DNA of 64,000 bases from Okamejei kenojei (taxonomy: Eukaryota): contig CM069151.1 of the NCBI GenBank assembly GCA_035221665.1, forward strand, positions 33,852,001-33,916,000, given 5' to 3'. Positions within the stretch are counted from its first letter, which is position 1. Each line of letters opens with the position of its first letter. Shown piece by piece: positions 50,901 through 59,821 of this stretch. Position numbers and translations under genes: made by a program. The notes under the pieces were generated by a model, which had not been told where the DNA came from, did not search any database, and saw only the letters and a list, made by a program, of their open reading frames with translations.

Positions 50901-53900
50901 TTTCTAAATTCCAATCAGTATATACACCTCCTGCTTAATATTTCCTCACAAGCTAATCTCAGAAATCAATCATAGCATTTGTAGGGAAATTTGATTTCTT
51001 CATCTTTCAAATGGATTATTTTTCTCCCTAAACCTTTTTCTGCCATAAATTTGCTAGGAATTCCTGACTGTAGTACAAGGTGGCCCCTATGGCTCCCATA
51101 GAAAAAGGAACACCAGAGGTGGATATGTTCCTCACTAGCTTGTCCAGGTCCTTCTCGTCCTGTAAAAACACTTTCCCACCTCCGTCCATCAATGCAGCAT
51201 CCATCCATTCAGCAGCGGAAGAGTGTTGAGTGGTGCTTCCATCGTCACACCTGCTTGCTACATTTTGACAAATGTGAGAACTTGCAACACATCAAAAAAA
51301 ACAATAAACTCAGTTTCAGCGCGGTTCTACCTGACGATTAAAGTTCTCGGTTTTCATGTGACTTTCACAAACAGCATTAGGGTGACCTGCACCAATGTCA
51401 GAAAAATGCTGAAGATCAATTTCTAAGCCAATTTCTTAGCTACATTGGCGGTAGAAAACAAATAAAAAGATGTAATGGTAAACCATTGTAACGCATACAC
51501 AATTGCACATACAATTGGCTATGGGCATAGTGTTCAATTCTGAAAAAATAAGCGATTTTATGGGGGCATTGAAAAATTACAAATTCTTTAGGGCATAACA
51601 GATAAAAATAGATAGGAGGGTACACAAAAAGCTGGAGAAACTCAGCGGGTGCAGCAGCATCTAAGGAGCGAAGGAGATAGGCGACGTTTCGGGTCACGAC
51701 CCGAAACGTCGCCTATCTCCTTCGCTCCTTAGATGCTGCTGCACCCGCTGAGTTTCTCCAGCTTTTTGTGTACCCTCGATTCTCCAGCATCTGCAGTTCC
51801 TTCTTTAAAAAAATAGATAGGAGGTTGCTTAGAGATTTAAAGTGCTTAGCAGAAGAACCAGGCAACAGGAGGACACTGTTTTGGACAAAGTAAGTTGTAG
51901 TGATTGGGAATGCACAGCCTGAAAACATGATAAAAATAGATTAAATTATTTACTTCAGGAAGAAAATTAATGAAAATAATTATATGCCATTGAGGAAAGT
52001 GAGATTAACTGGGTAGCTCTTTCACAGAGTAGACTGCCATGATGTGCTAAATGCTCTTTATCTGAGCTCTACCACACTATGATTCTGTTAATAAGTATGT
52101 TCCATAAAAAAAAAAGGAAATTACAATTAATTTTGGGATGTTGAGGGAAAAACAATTGGACATAACAAGAATTATCAATTATGTGTGTGGGAATGCAGTT
52201 AAACAGATAAAATAAGGCAACGGGCGAAGACGAGTTGAGAAAAGACATTAAAACAAAACAAAAGGAAAAACATTTTACATATTTTGAACATAAAATTAAT
52301 ATCAAGTGGAATTGCGGAAGGGGAGGATGCTATCAATTAGATTTGAGAAGTGGGGGAGGTGGGAAGGGTTGGTGGGATATTTGTACGTGTTATAAACGTG
52401 TGGTTCTGTGTGGGATGGTTAAATGCCCAAACTTGCCTGGCTAAATGTCTTCTGTCACAACCCCTGCACATTTCAGTGTAAATCCATCACGATAGGAATG
52501 AAGGAAGTGGCTAAAACAATGCCTTTTTTAGCAGGGTTTTTTAGGGTATGGAATTCTCGACCAGAAGTTATTATCTCCCTGCATGTGTGTGTTGCTATTT
52601 AAACTGTGTGTGTAACAGGTGCAGTACAGTGTCTGCAGGTTGAGTGTCGAAATCTGGCTCAAGAATGTCGAGTTCTGCAGAATGATAACAAACAGCTGAG
52701 GGAAAGACTGCAGCAAATGGAACGGCAGTATTGCAGGTAGGACAAATTAACTATGTTATGTATGCTTTGGTACGTAAGGCTTGCACCCTCTCTCTCTCAT
52801 ATACAAATAAACAAACATGTATTCACGTGCATTCACACAACACACACACCTTTATCAATAAAAAACACACACTTATACACAAATTCACCATTATGCTTAT
52901 TCATGCTCTCACACACATGCTTGCTTCCACCCTCACTCACATATTTAGTCACCTTATACATTCACTCTCACACTTAACACTCACACACAACCTCTTGCAC
53001 ACTCGTTGATGCATTTATTAATAACTAAATCTATGATGTGCTTACACTCATGTGCTCCCACATATACTCACTTATTTTCTCTCTCTCTCGCTCGCACACA
53101 CATGTTCACTCCTGCTACTTCAAATTCATGCATGGCCTCTCNNNNNNNNNNNNNNNNNNNNNNNNNNNNNNNNNNNNNNNNNNNNNNNNNNNNNNNNNNN
53201 NNNNNNNNNNNNNNNNNNNNNNNNNNNNNNNNNNNNNNNNNNNNNNNNNNNNNNNNNNNNNNNNNNNNNNNNNNNNNNNNNNNNNNNNNNNNNNNNNNNN
53301 NNNNNNNNNNNNNNNNNNNNNNNNNNNNNNNNNNNNNNNNNNNNNNNNNNNNNNNNNNNNNNNNNNNNNNNNNNNNNNNNNNNNNNNNNNNNNNNNNNNN
53401 NNNNNGCTTGGTCTGGTTCTCTTCAAACAGCTCACCAACTTTCATTCTGCCTGCTCATTATAATAGTTTCAGCCACAACATGATGTGCTGTCAATTGTCC
53501 AGGCACTCAAAGGGGACTCAATTTTATGAGTGTAAACATGATTAAACTAACGGAAATTATCAAAATGAGCTTGCATCCCCCACAAATGAGGTGGATTGCA
53601 GCTCCAAGAAGTGCACTCATTAAACCTTGCGGCAGTAACAGGAGATGTTGGGCTCCATATTTTCCCAGCACCAGAGAACAGGAAGAGAAAACAGGGAATG
53701 AGGTCAACAGGGGTCACTCAATATCTTGTTGCTGTATTGGAAGTGTTGATTTCTGTCTCACGGCCTGAGATTGCTACAATTATTGTTGTTAAATGATTGT
53801 GTTATAATGGGCTGATGGGGTGCCAGTGAAATACAGCAAGCCATTCTCTAATGGGTTGCAGGATTGCTGGTTCGCTGACAGGGATGGTAGCAGTTGCTCC

Positions 53901-56900
53901 ATGCAGCAGGGAATAGCTTGTCTTCTACCAGGCTGATCTCACTCTGCCAGTACCCATGATGTTAAGTATCAGCCAAACAACCCTGACTACCTGCTGCTTG
54001 AGCTGAAAATGTGCAGTCCAAGGTTTTTACTTGTCTTTGGAGCAGCACAAAGTAGTGCCGAACTAAAACATTATTTTTATGTTTAATGAACTGCCGCCCC
54101 AAGCTTCTGCCAGAATGGAGCTCATCTCAACGACTTCTGGAAAATCATTCAATTAATGCCGCCCTCCCACTCCTACCCCCAACTCCAGGTCCAAGGTCAC
54201 CCCCAGCAGAAATTGGACACTAATGCTAGTTTGTGTGTTTAGGAGCTGAACGTCAACTCATCTTCCTTCAATTCTTTCTACATTCCCTCCTTCTCTTCTC
54301 TTATAGCTGCTCATTGTATGTCTGACAGGAAAGCCTGAATCCTCATGTTGTTGAGGTTGTGCAACATTGACAGACCACAATAGATATTAGTACCTTCTCC
54401 TCTGAGCTCCGCAGAGCTCCTGTAAAGTAGTTCATGCAGCAACATCACTGTTTGAACAATCTAACTTAGGATTGATATCTGTAAACTGATACAATAGACC
54501 ATAGGTGCAGGAGTAGGCCATTCGGCCCTTCGAGCCAGCACCGCCATTCACTGTGATCATGGCTGATCATCCATAATCAGTATCCCGTTCCTGCCTTCTC
54601 CCCTTGACTTTGCTACCTTTAAGAGCTCTATCCAACTCTCTCTTGAAAGCATCCAGAGAATTGGCCTCCACTACCTTCTGAGACAGAGAATTCTACAGAT
54701 TCACAACTCTCTGGGTGAAAACGTTTTTCTTCATCTCTGTCCTAAATGGCCTACCCCTTATCTTTAAACTGTGGCCCCTGGTTCTGGACTCCCCTAACAT
54801 TGGGAACATGTTTCCTGCCTCTAGCGTGTCCAATCCCTTAATAATCAACATATGACAGTCCCGCCATCCCGGGAATTAACCTTGTGAACCTACCTACGCT
54901 GCCCTCCCTCAATAGCAAGAATGACCTTCCTCAAATTTGGAGACCAAAACTGCACACAATACTCCAGGTGTGGTCTCATCAAGGCCCTGTACAACTGCAG
55001 AAGGACCTCTTTGCTCCAATACTCAACTCCTCTTGTTATGAAGGCCAACATGCCATTAGCTTTCTTCACTGCCTGCTGCACCTGCATGCTTACTTTCAGT
55101 GACTGATGAACAAGGGCCCCCAGATCTCGTTGTACTTCCCCTTTTCCCAACTTGACACCATTCAGATAATAATCTGCCTTCCTGTTTTTGCCACCAAAGT
55201 AGATAACCTCACATTTATCCACATTAAACTGCATCTGCCATGCATCTGCCCACTCTCCCAACCTGTCCAAGTCACCCTGCATCCTTATAGCATCCTCCGC
55301 CCAGTTCACTCTGCCACCCAGCTTTGTGTCATCTGCAAATTTGCTAATGTTACTTTTAATCCCTTCATCCAAATCATTAATGTTTATTGTAAATAGCTGT
55401 GGTCCCAGCACCGAGCCTTGCGGTACCCCACTAGTCACTGCCTGCCATTCTGAAAGGGACCCGTTAATCCCTACTCTTTGTTTCCTGTCTGCCAACCAAT
55501 TTTCTGTCCATGTCAGTCCCCTACCCCCAATATCATGTGCTCCCATTTTGCCAACTAATCTCCTATGTGGGACCTTATCAATGGTCTATAATCTTCATAA
55601 CTCCACTCCGGTTGTAACTTTCTGTTGAGAGAGAAAAACAGATACTCAGTCCACTTGGAAAAGTATGGATCACATTTCAAGATGTTTTAAATATCTCCAG
55701 CCTGGAGGCAGCCCAAAGCATAAAAGTTCATGACCACAATCACCTTGACAGCCAGTGGAAAAGCAATCCTCACTAGGCTCTGAAGTTACAATTGAAACAA
55801 GACACATTTCAATAAGGACATCTTTACCATGCCTCCTTCTCATGCTTGGTTCCTCTCAATAATTCAGGTGGGGGAATTGTTCCCTGAAAACTCTGGGTGA
55901 ATGTAGTCTCTTGCCGAGTGCCTATGCCCCTATTCCTCTTCTGTTGTCCCACTTCTGTTCTGCTCTGTACCCTCTGCTTATCCCCCAATGAGAATCTCCA
56001 TGCACCCGTGACTGGGAACAACAGATTTGCCCAGAAGCCTTGACATCAGGCGAATGTTATTCGGCCACTGGCAAACCGCTCCTTGTAGACTTTATGAAAC
56101 CTTTTGAATTATAATGACCTCTAGAAATCGATAGATCATTAACCTGCAAGTTTTGGTCATTGATCCACATGTGGAAACTGGCCGTTTGTCCCAACTCGAC
56201 TGTGCCAAACACATTGTTGATGATTCCTACTATTAATGCGGGTGGAGGTTGCTTTCTGCTGCTCAGTGCACGTTCAGCTGTCCAAGATTAAGAGAACTGA
56301 AGCATTGAACTCTAATTTGGCAGAGCTGGTGTCAAATCAGTGTTGCATACTGAATGATATTGTCATCTGCCGACACTGTATACTGCCAGTGGGCATTATC
56401 GTCACCAGCACTAATGTCCTTACCAACATGTCTTTTGGTGCAGCGCATGCAACAAATATGCTCGCACATTTTGTTCACCATGCTGGAATCAATTTGCAAC
56501 TGCAACAACAGGAAACATGGAGCTGAGTTTTACAGCCACTCACTTGCACTTACTTATACATAGTCTTATGCTCACGTACTCAGTCACTGATACACTCGCT
56601 GAATTAGAAACCGTGTCAAGCATCCTATAAACTCACTGTTTACAGGATGATTTACTCTGTTTCTAACTTTGGAAATGTTTACTGGGGTTGTATAAAGGAA
56701 CTTTCACTCTGACCCACTTGTGTTCTATCTCTACTGGGAGTGTTAGAGGGGACAGTGTAGGGGGAGTTTTACACTGTATCCAAATGTGCTGCATCTGCAC
56801 TCAGTGTTTGATGGGATGGTATAGCGGGATTTTTACTCTTAATTTATTGGGTTTACTGTGTTTGATGACAGAGTATAGAGGGAATTTTAGTCTGCATTTA

Positions 56901-59821
56901 CTCTGCGCTGCACCTCCCCTTCGAGTGTTCAATGGAACAGTGTGGAGAGAACATTATTCTCCAGCAAAATACAGAACAATGGAATAAGTCAGTGGATCAG
57001 GTGGCGTCTGAAGAGGGTTCCAGACCTGAAACGTTGCCTATCCATTCCCTCCACAAATGCTACCTGACCCGTTGAATTACTCCAGCACTTTGTTTTCCTC
57101 AAGATTCCAGCTTCTGCAGTTCATTGTATCTCAACTTTATTCTCTATCTAGTTTATGTTCTATCCGTCTTGGCTATGTTTCTAATTTCCTGATTGGTGGA
57201 TGTTTGATGGGACAGTGTAGAGGAGCTTTACTCTGTATCCAACGTACTGTACCCTGGCTGTGAGCCTTTGATGGGGCAGTGCCATGGGAGCATTCATGCC
57301 TAATTAACCATTGTGTTGAAGGCTTCAAAGGTTCACAGTTAATTTGGGAAATTGATTACTTTTAAAGGACTTGTTTGATTTTAAAGAGTCAAAGAGAAGC
57401 ACATATTTCCTAGGTAGACAAAAGTGCTGGAGAAACTCAGCGGGTGAGGCAGCATCTATGGAGCGAAGGAAATAGGCAACGTTTCGGCCTGCAAAATTGC
57501 CTGTTTCCTTCGCTCCATAGATGCTGCCTCACCCGCTGAGTTTCTCCAGCACTTTTGTCTACCTTCGATTTTCCAGTATCTGCAGTTCCTTCTTAAGCAC
57601 ATATTTCCTGTTTTCCTTTTAGATCAGGTGACGAATTTAAAGTGGACACTCCAGGGTCTGAAAGCCATTGTCAGCAGCAGGGTGCAAAGGCTGAGATATC
57701 GTCTGAGAACCAATCCAGAAAACTAAATGGCAACAAACTCAAAGAGACAGGACTAAAATGCCAGGAGGAACTGAAGCTCCCTCAGAAGGAGGAGCTGAGG
57801 AAATGCCAGGAGAAGTTGGCTGATAAAGTAGCTGCAAGCGGCCGAGCTTCTGCAAGAGAGCAGCTTGAAGATGGGCGGCAGGTTAGAGGACTTGAGGATG
57901 GAAGCAAGGGTGGTGGTACCACATCTGCCCAGAAGATAAAAAGCCCCGAGCTAGATCCTAGAGCTCTCCAGAGGGCAGAAGAGAAAGGACGGTTTGAAGA
58001 ATTAGATTTAAAACATCGACTGCTAAAGGCAGAAGAGAAAGCACTGACTGTGCAGCATGAGGTAATGGCGACATAGGGCTCAGAAACAACAAGTAGTTAT
58101 CTCCATCTTTAAGTACAGAGCAAAATAGTGGGCTTTGGGAAACTTTTTTTCTTTTAAATAAGTGGAGAGCAGTAGAATTGGATAATTCGTTCTGACTGAC
58201 ACACCCTTATGGAAGCCTTCACACATACTAGACTTTCTGTTACTAGTCCTAGTGAGATCCCCATTGTGAAGATGTGCGGCCCTTGTAAGCTCTTTGCACA
58301 CTCATACACACTTTGTTTTTTCCCCTTAATTCTGTCACTTCCTCTTTTTGGCTTTGCATTTAAAATCTTTTTTTGCTCTCATCCATCTACCAGTCTCAAC
58401 TGAATACTTCACCAAGTTATCATCCAGTCTTTCTTCACTGGTTTTGAACAATTCATTTTCATTCATTCAATTCCCATGCCCCCTGTCATCAAAACCCTTT
58501 GCATTTCTACTATTTCACTCATGGTCACCAGTAAAGCTGACTCCAGTCACTTCTTTGGATCCCTTTTAATTCTATTCCTCCACCTCCTTCCACCGTACCC
58601 CAAGAATTGCAGTTTCTTCCAACTAAACATTGGGACGTATGCTCTATATTGACCACTGTTATTATCTCCAATAATATGCCTCAGGACATCTGGTACAGGA
58701 ATGCTCTTTAATGGCTTTGTCACGTCCTGATCGACCTATTCTAGAGCTCTTCCTTATTTTTGCTTTGATTGCATTTCATCTCATTTAAAACTTGGCTCCA
58801 GAAATGTTAACCCACATCAAGGCTACATAGTCATACTACTGTCTCAACCAAAACATTCTAACCCTGTTTAAATCTCTCCATGGATTCAATTCTTTGTATA
58901 TCCATCTTGTTGCCTACCTTTTTCCATCTTTGATCCTCAGACTCTGTACGTTGTCTTTCCACCTGCGTCCCTTCTGTAATGTTTTCACTTGTAAAGTTTA
59001 TGATTCCTAGAAATCTTTCCTTTCTTTGTCAGCTCACTGCTCCTTTTATCTTGCTCCAGAATGAAGTACAATGGGAATGTTTCTTTGTTAAAGGCTGTCT
59101 GACTGCCTCTTGCTGTTGGCTGCTTTATACAATCCCTGTGAGAGGAGTGGGTCTACATATGTCAAGCACCTGTGTGTGGAACGAGTCTGTGTATTGTATT
59201 TGCATAGAGATGAGAAGTTAGGTCTGTGTGTAAGAGTTAGGTCATTGTGCAGAGCCGGTGAGGGCAATGGGTCTTTCAAAATGAGACCGATGGTCAAATT
59301 GGCTTGAGTGCAAGGTTTGTGGGGTATGTAAATTGTCTGTGTGATGAGGTTCAATTATATCAATACATCTTTGCTGTACTGGTTCTTTTCTTTTTCCTTC
59401 TCACCACATTTGAAAAGCTGTCGTATCCTTTTCAGAGCTGCACTGGCACTGTGCATTTCCACTGTATTGGAGGTATAAACTTAGTCCCAAGACTCAAAGC
59501 CCCAGAGGTTAGGTGGAGAGCCTCAACTCCAGACAGGCCATGTATAGTCTCACCTGTTCAGTGCATTTGTACAAGGATGGGTTTCTCTATTATCTTATGC
59601 AGAATCTAGTGCCTCACACACACCCCTGATACTGTGTCAACAAGTCGTGCTTTGCTAACAAGTGATTCTTTCTGTTGTGTGCCCAGTGCGAAGGATTAAT
59701 CACTGATCTGAGAGCGCTTGAGGAAAGATACAGGAACAGCCAAGAGGAGCGCAGCCAGCTGGAGTTACAGCTCAGGCAATTCAAGGAGGAAGTCCACAAA
59801 CTGAAAGGGGTGCCTTGTCAG
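17893..59821 (+). CDS. ccdc136: Multi-exon gene, CCDC136-like coiled-coil protein of the SLMAP/TRAF3IP3/CCDC136 family (3' end probably outside the window)
   Basis: Exons 17893-17910, 25020-25082, 29149-29244, 32625-32901, 33409-33468, 34880-34939, 39045-39104, 40791-42758, 43789-43863, 48177-48497, 52619-52736, 57623-58061 and 59687-59821 have canonical GT donors and (internal exons) AG acceptors with compatible phases, and join into an open 1230-codon frame. The C-terminal exons resemble CCDC136 as I recall it (LEELRAQ..., LLEDERL..., LRSLREEI...). Orthology versus paralogy is unresolved. Confidence 0.75.
17930..18160 (+). mobile_element. V-SINE (HE1-like), decayed
   Basis: gcgccagagacctggg ... 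gtggagtttgca core. Confidence 0.6.
18581..18594. promoter_or_regulatory. RFX X-box-like palindrome GTTACCATGGTAAT
   Basis: Motif match; ATTGG boxes nearby. Confidence 0.3.
18808..19030 (-). mobile_element. CR1 3' fragment
   Basis: Reverse complement of the CR1 3'UTR; VVNMWNSLPQK. Confidence 0.7.
20420..20950 (-). mobile_element. Penelope-like 3' region (purine-rich on +)
   Basis: Low-complexity pLTR-like sequence next to a family short element at about 20278-20415. Confidence 0.45.
21430..21790 (+). mobile_element. CR1 3' fragment
   Basis: GLDRVDVERIFP...TRGH and CR1 3'UTR. Confidence 0.8.
22172..22262 (+). mobile_element. Penelope-type short element with hammerhead core
   Basis: CTGAAGA-t-gggtgtcaaccc-GAAAC-ATC at 22174-22201, followed by family sequence. 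Confidence 0.7.
23940..24075 (-). mobile_element. Penelope-type short element (hammerhead core mutated)
   Basis: Same family sequence; CTGAAGA is intact but the GAAA box is altered. Confidence 0.7.
25020..25082 (+). CDS. Exon, SLMAP/TRAF3IP3-like (HSIDCMNPFSRELNQLAEYLK)
   Basis: ctcctcag| acceptor, AAG|gtaagc donor, 63 nt, phase 0-0. Resembles SLMAP ...MYSQELFQLSQYLQ. Confidence 0.8.
25650..26900 (-). mobile_element. Old decayed CR1
   Basis: ORF 26522-26842 VDVVYVYFQKAFNEVPH. Confidence 0.6.
27459..29020 (-). mobile_element. 5'-truncated L2/Crack-type LINE (RT domain, C-terminus, 3'UTR)
   Basis: ORFs 28427-29014 (NYRPVSLL, QYGFR, GVPQGSVLGP, FAGDT) and 27922-28200; 3'UTR stem-loop at about 27582-27620; AATAAA plus (ATTC)n tail. 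Confidence 0.85.
29149..29244 (+). CDS. Exon, SLMAP/TRAF3IP3-like coiled coil (EALQREQLLEQKLETLQYLLTNTQVLSDNVWQ)
   Basis: tgttgcag| acceptor, CAG|gtac donor, 96 nt. Strong match to recalled SLMAP EALHREQMLEQKLATLQRLLAITQEASDTSWQ. Confidence 0.9.
29870..30185 (-). mobile_element. V-SINE (HE1-like)
   Basis: Minus strand tRNA-like head ggtggcactgtggtagagttgctgcc ... ggttcgatcc; V core. Confidence 0.8.
30380..31395. mobile_element. Two CR1 fragments (minus 30380-30525; plus 30555-31395)
   Basis: RPHLEYCEQFWAP and QRDLGVLV motifs; CR1 3'UTRs. Confidence 0.8.
31697..31828 (+). mobile_element. Penelope-type short element
   Basis: gaagggtctcaacccgaaac ... ccagcatctgcagttccttc. Confidence 0.7.
32105..32380 (-). 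mobile_element. V-SINE (HE1-like)
   Basis: gagaacatgcaaactccacacaga core. Confidence 0.75.
32625..32901 (+). CDS. Exon, acidic low-complexity segment ending in basic motif RKRRRPTLRK
   Basis: cttcctctgcag| acceptor, AAG|gtagga donor, open frame (ORF 32655-32963), phase 0-1. Internal aaaacATGg at 32712 could be an alternative start. Confidence 0.75.
33409..33468 (+). CDS. 60-nt exon 1 (EKRLQESKILRKQAMIRDMS)
   Basis: tgttacag| ... G|gtaact, phase 1-1; paralogous to the next exon. Confidence 0.8.
33972..34777. mobile_element. Non-autonomous DNA transposon with 7-bp TSD (P-superfamily-like, tentative)
   Basis: TIR cagacctcccaac / gttgggaggtctg; TSD cttgaca at 33965-33971 and 34778-34784. Confidence 0.85.
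34137..34308. repeat. 41-bp GC-rich tandem repeat, 4 copies plus a partial
   Basis: gccgggccccagtggccgcgcgtgcgcagtgggggagggtt starting at 34137, 34178, 34219 and 34260. Confidence 0.9.
34880..34939 (+). CDS. 60-nt exon 2 (ERGPPEVKVLRQQAIVRDMS)
   Basis: gttttag| ... G|gtgagt, phase 1-1; shares LRxQAxxRDMS with the previous exon. Confidence 0.8.
39045..39104 (+). CDS. 60-nt exon 3 (AGSVKSLDASYGGLREDANI)
   Basis: ctactttgcag| ... G|gtgagc, phase 1-1, open frame. Confidence 0.6.
39843..40043. mobile_element. Penelope-type short element, fold-back form
   Basis: Inverted arms meet in the hammerhead region at about 39900-39940. Confidence 0.75.
40045..40218 (-). mobile_element. V-SINE (HE1-like) 5' half
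   Basis: tRNA-like head and V core. Confidence 0.75.
40791..42758 (+). CDS. ccdc136: Giant exon: 55 x 10-aa Ser/Glu/Lys/Pro repeats followed by the start of the CCDC136 coiled coil
   Basis: Lies within the 665-aa ORF; ttttacatag| acceptor, CAAA|gtaagt donor; ends LELDELRLQIKQLRKELEESQEQAARHQRSYLDLQ. Confidence 0.85.
40892..42541 (+). repeat. Coding 30-bp tandem repeat, 55 units (consensus about SEVKSTDPKP)
   Basis: Units counted by hand from CEVKSEAFEI to STVISANLEL with no indels. Confidence 0.9.
43789..43863 (+). CDS. ccdc136: Exon (RLLEEQRLVNVQQTENFAKQIQRLQ)
   Basis: ctgcag| ... AAG|gtgagt, 75 nt; matches recalled CCDC136 [25 protein letters not shown]. Confidence 0.9.
44080..44990 (+). 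mobile_element. CR1 LINE 3' part
   Basis: ORFs 44044-44271 and 44311-44736 (NVDKCEVIHFG, HLEYCVQFWSP). Confidence 0.9.
45380..45900 (+). mobile_element. CR1 LINE 3' fragment
   Basis: HLEY..QFWSP and TRGH remnants; 3'UTR. Confidence 0.75.
45985..47742 (+). mobile_element. Rex1/Babar LINE, frameshifted, with nested CR1 3' end (about 46843-47215, minus)
   Basis: NDYRPVAL, DPLQFAYR, GAPQG, KFADD and later HPGH motifs. Confidence 0.85.
47905..47998 (-). mobile_element. Penelope-type short element (decayed)
   Basis: gatagacacaaaatgctggagtaactcagc ... gacccttctt. Confidence 0.65.
48177..48497 (+). CDS. ccdc136: Exon, core coiled coil (VQLRSVQEEIESLEEEKESEL...EEVTQLQ)
   Basis: Inside ORF 48164-48568; ttcag| acceptor and G|gtatga donor; matches recalled CCDC136 LRSLREEISLLEHEKESEL...IASLRAEMEMKS. 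Confidence 0.92.
49860..50148 (+). mobile_element. V-SINE (HE1-like), full length
   Basis: gtggcacaatggtagagttgct head, V core, (taaac)n tail. Confidence 0.8.
51616..51808. mobile_element. Penelope-type short element, perfect 80-bp inverted repeat
   Basis: Arms 51616-51695 and 51698-51777 are exact reverse complements; direct repeat aaaaatagataggagg at 51604-51619 and 51809-51824. Confidence 0.9.
52619..52736 (+). CDS. ccdc136: Exon, coiled coil (GAVQCLQVECRNLAQECRVLQNDNKQLRERLQQMERQYC)
   Basis: taacag| ... AG|gtagga, phase 1-2, heptad pattern. Confidence 0.8.
53142..53405. other. Assembly gap (264 N)
   Basis: N run. Confidence 1.
54492..55582 (-). mobile_element. CR1 LINE 3' part (RT domain)
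   Basis: ORF 54890-55546 SGVPQGSVLGP, KFADDTKL. Confidence 0.92.
56640..57290. repeat. Degenerate about 60-70-bp minisatellite (tgtttgatgggacagtgtagagggagctttactctg-like), interrupted by a Penelope-type element
   Basis: About 7 diverged units visible. Confidence 0.65.
56985..57128 (+). mobile_element. Penelope-type short element with hammerhead core
   Basis: CTGAAGA-gggttccagacct-GAAAC-GTT at 57008-57035. Confidence 0.7.
57412..57594. mobile_element. Penelope-type fold-back element immediately upstream of a splice acceptor
   Basis: Inverted arms; TSD aagcacatatttcct at 57397-57411 and 57595-57609. Confidence 0.85.
57623..58061 (+). CDS. ccdc136: Exon (SGDEFKVDTPGS...LKHRLLKAEEKALTVQHE)
   Basis: ttccttttag| ... 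GAG|gtaatg, phase 2-0, in the frame of ORF 57642-58076. Confidence 0.82.
59687..59821 (+). CDS. ccdc136: Exon (CEGLITDLRALEERYRNSQEERSQLELQLRQFKEEVHKLKGVPCQ)
   Basis: gcccag| ... CAG|gtaagt, 135 nt, phase 0-0; resembles recalled CCDC136 CQELCCELEELQ...EEQRRLQREL. Confidence 0.87.

Noticed and set aside
53006-53545. Long ORFs spanning X runs
   Set aside because: Artefacts of the N gap.
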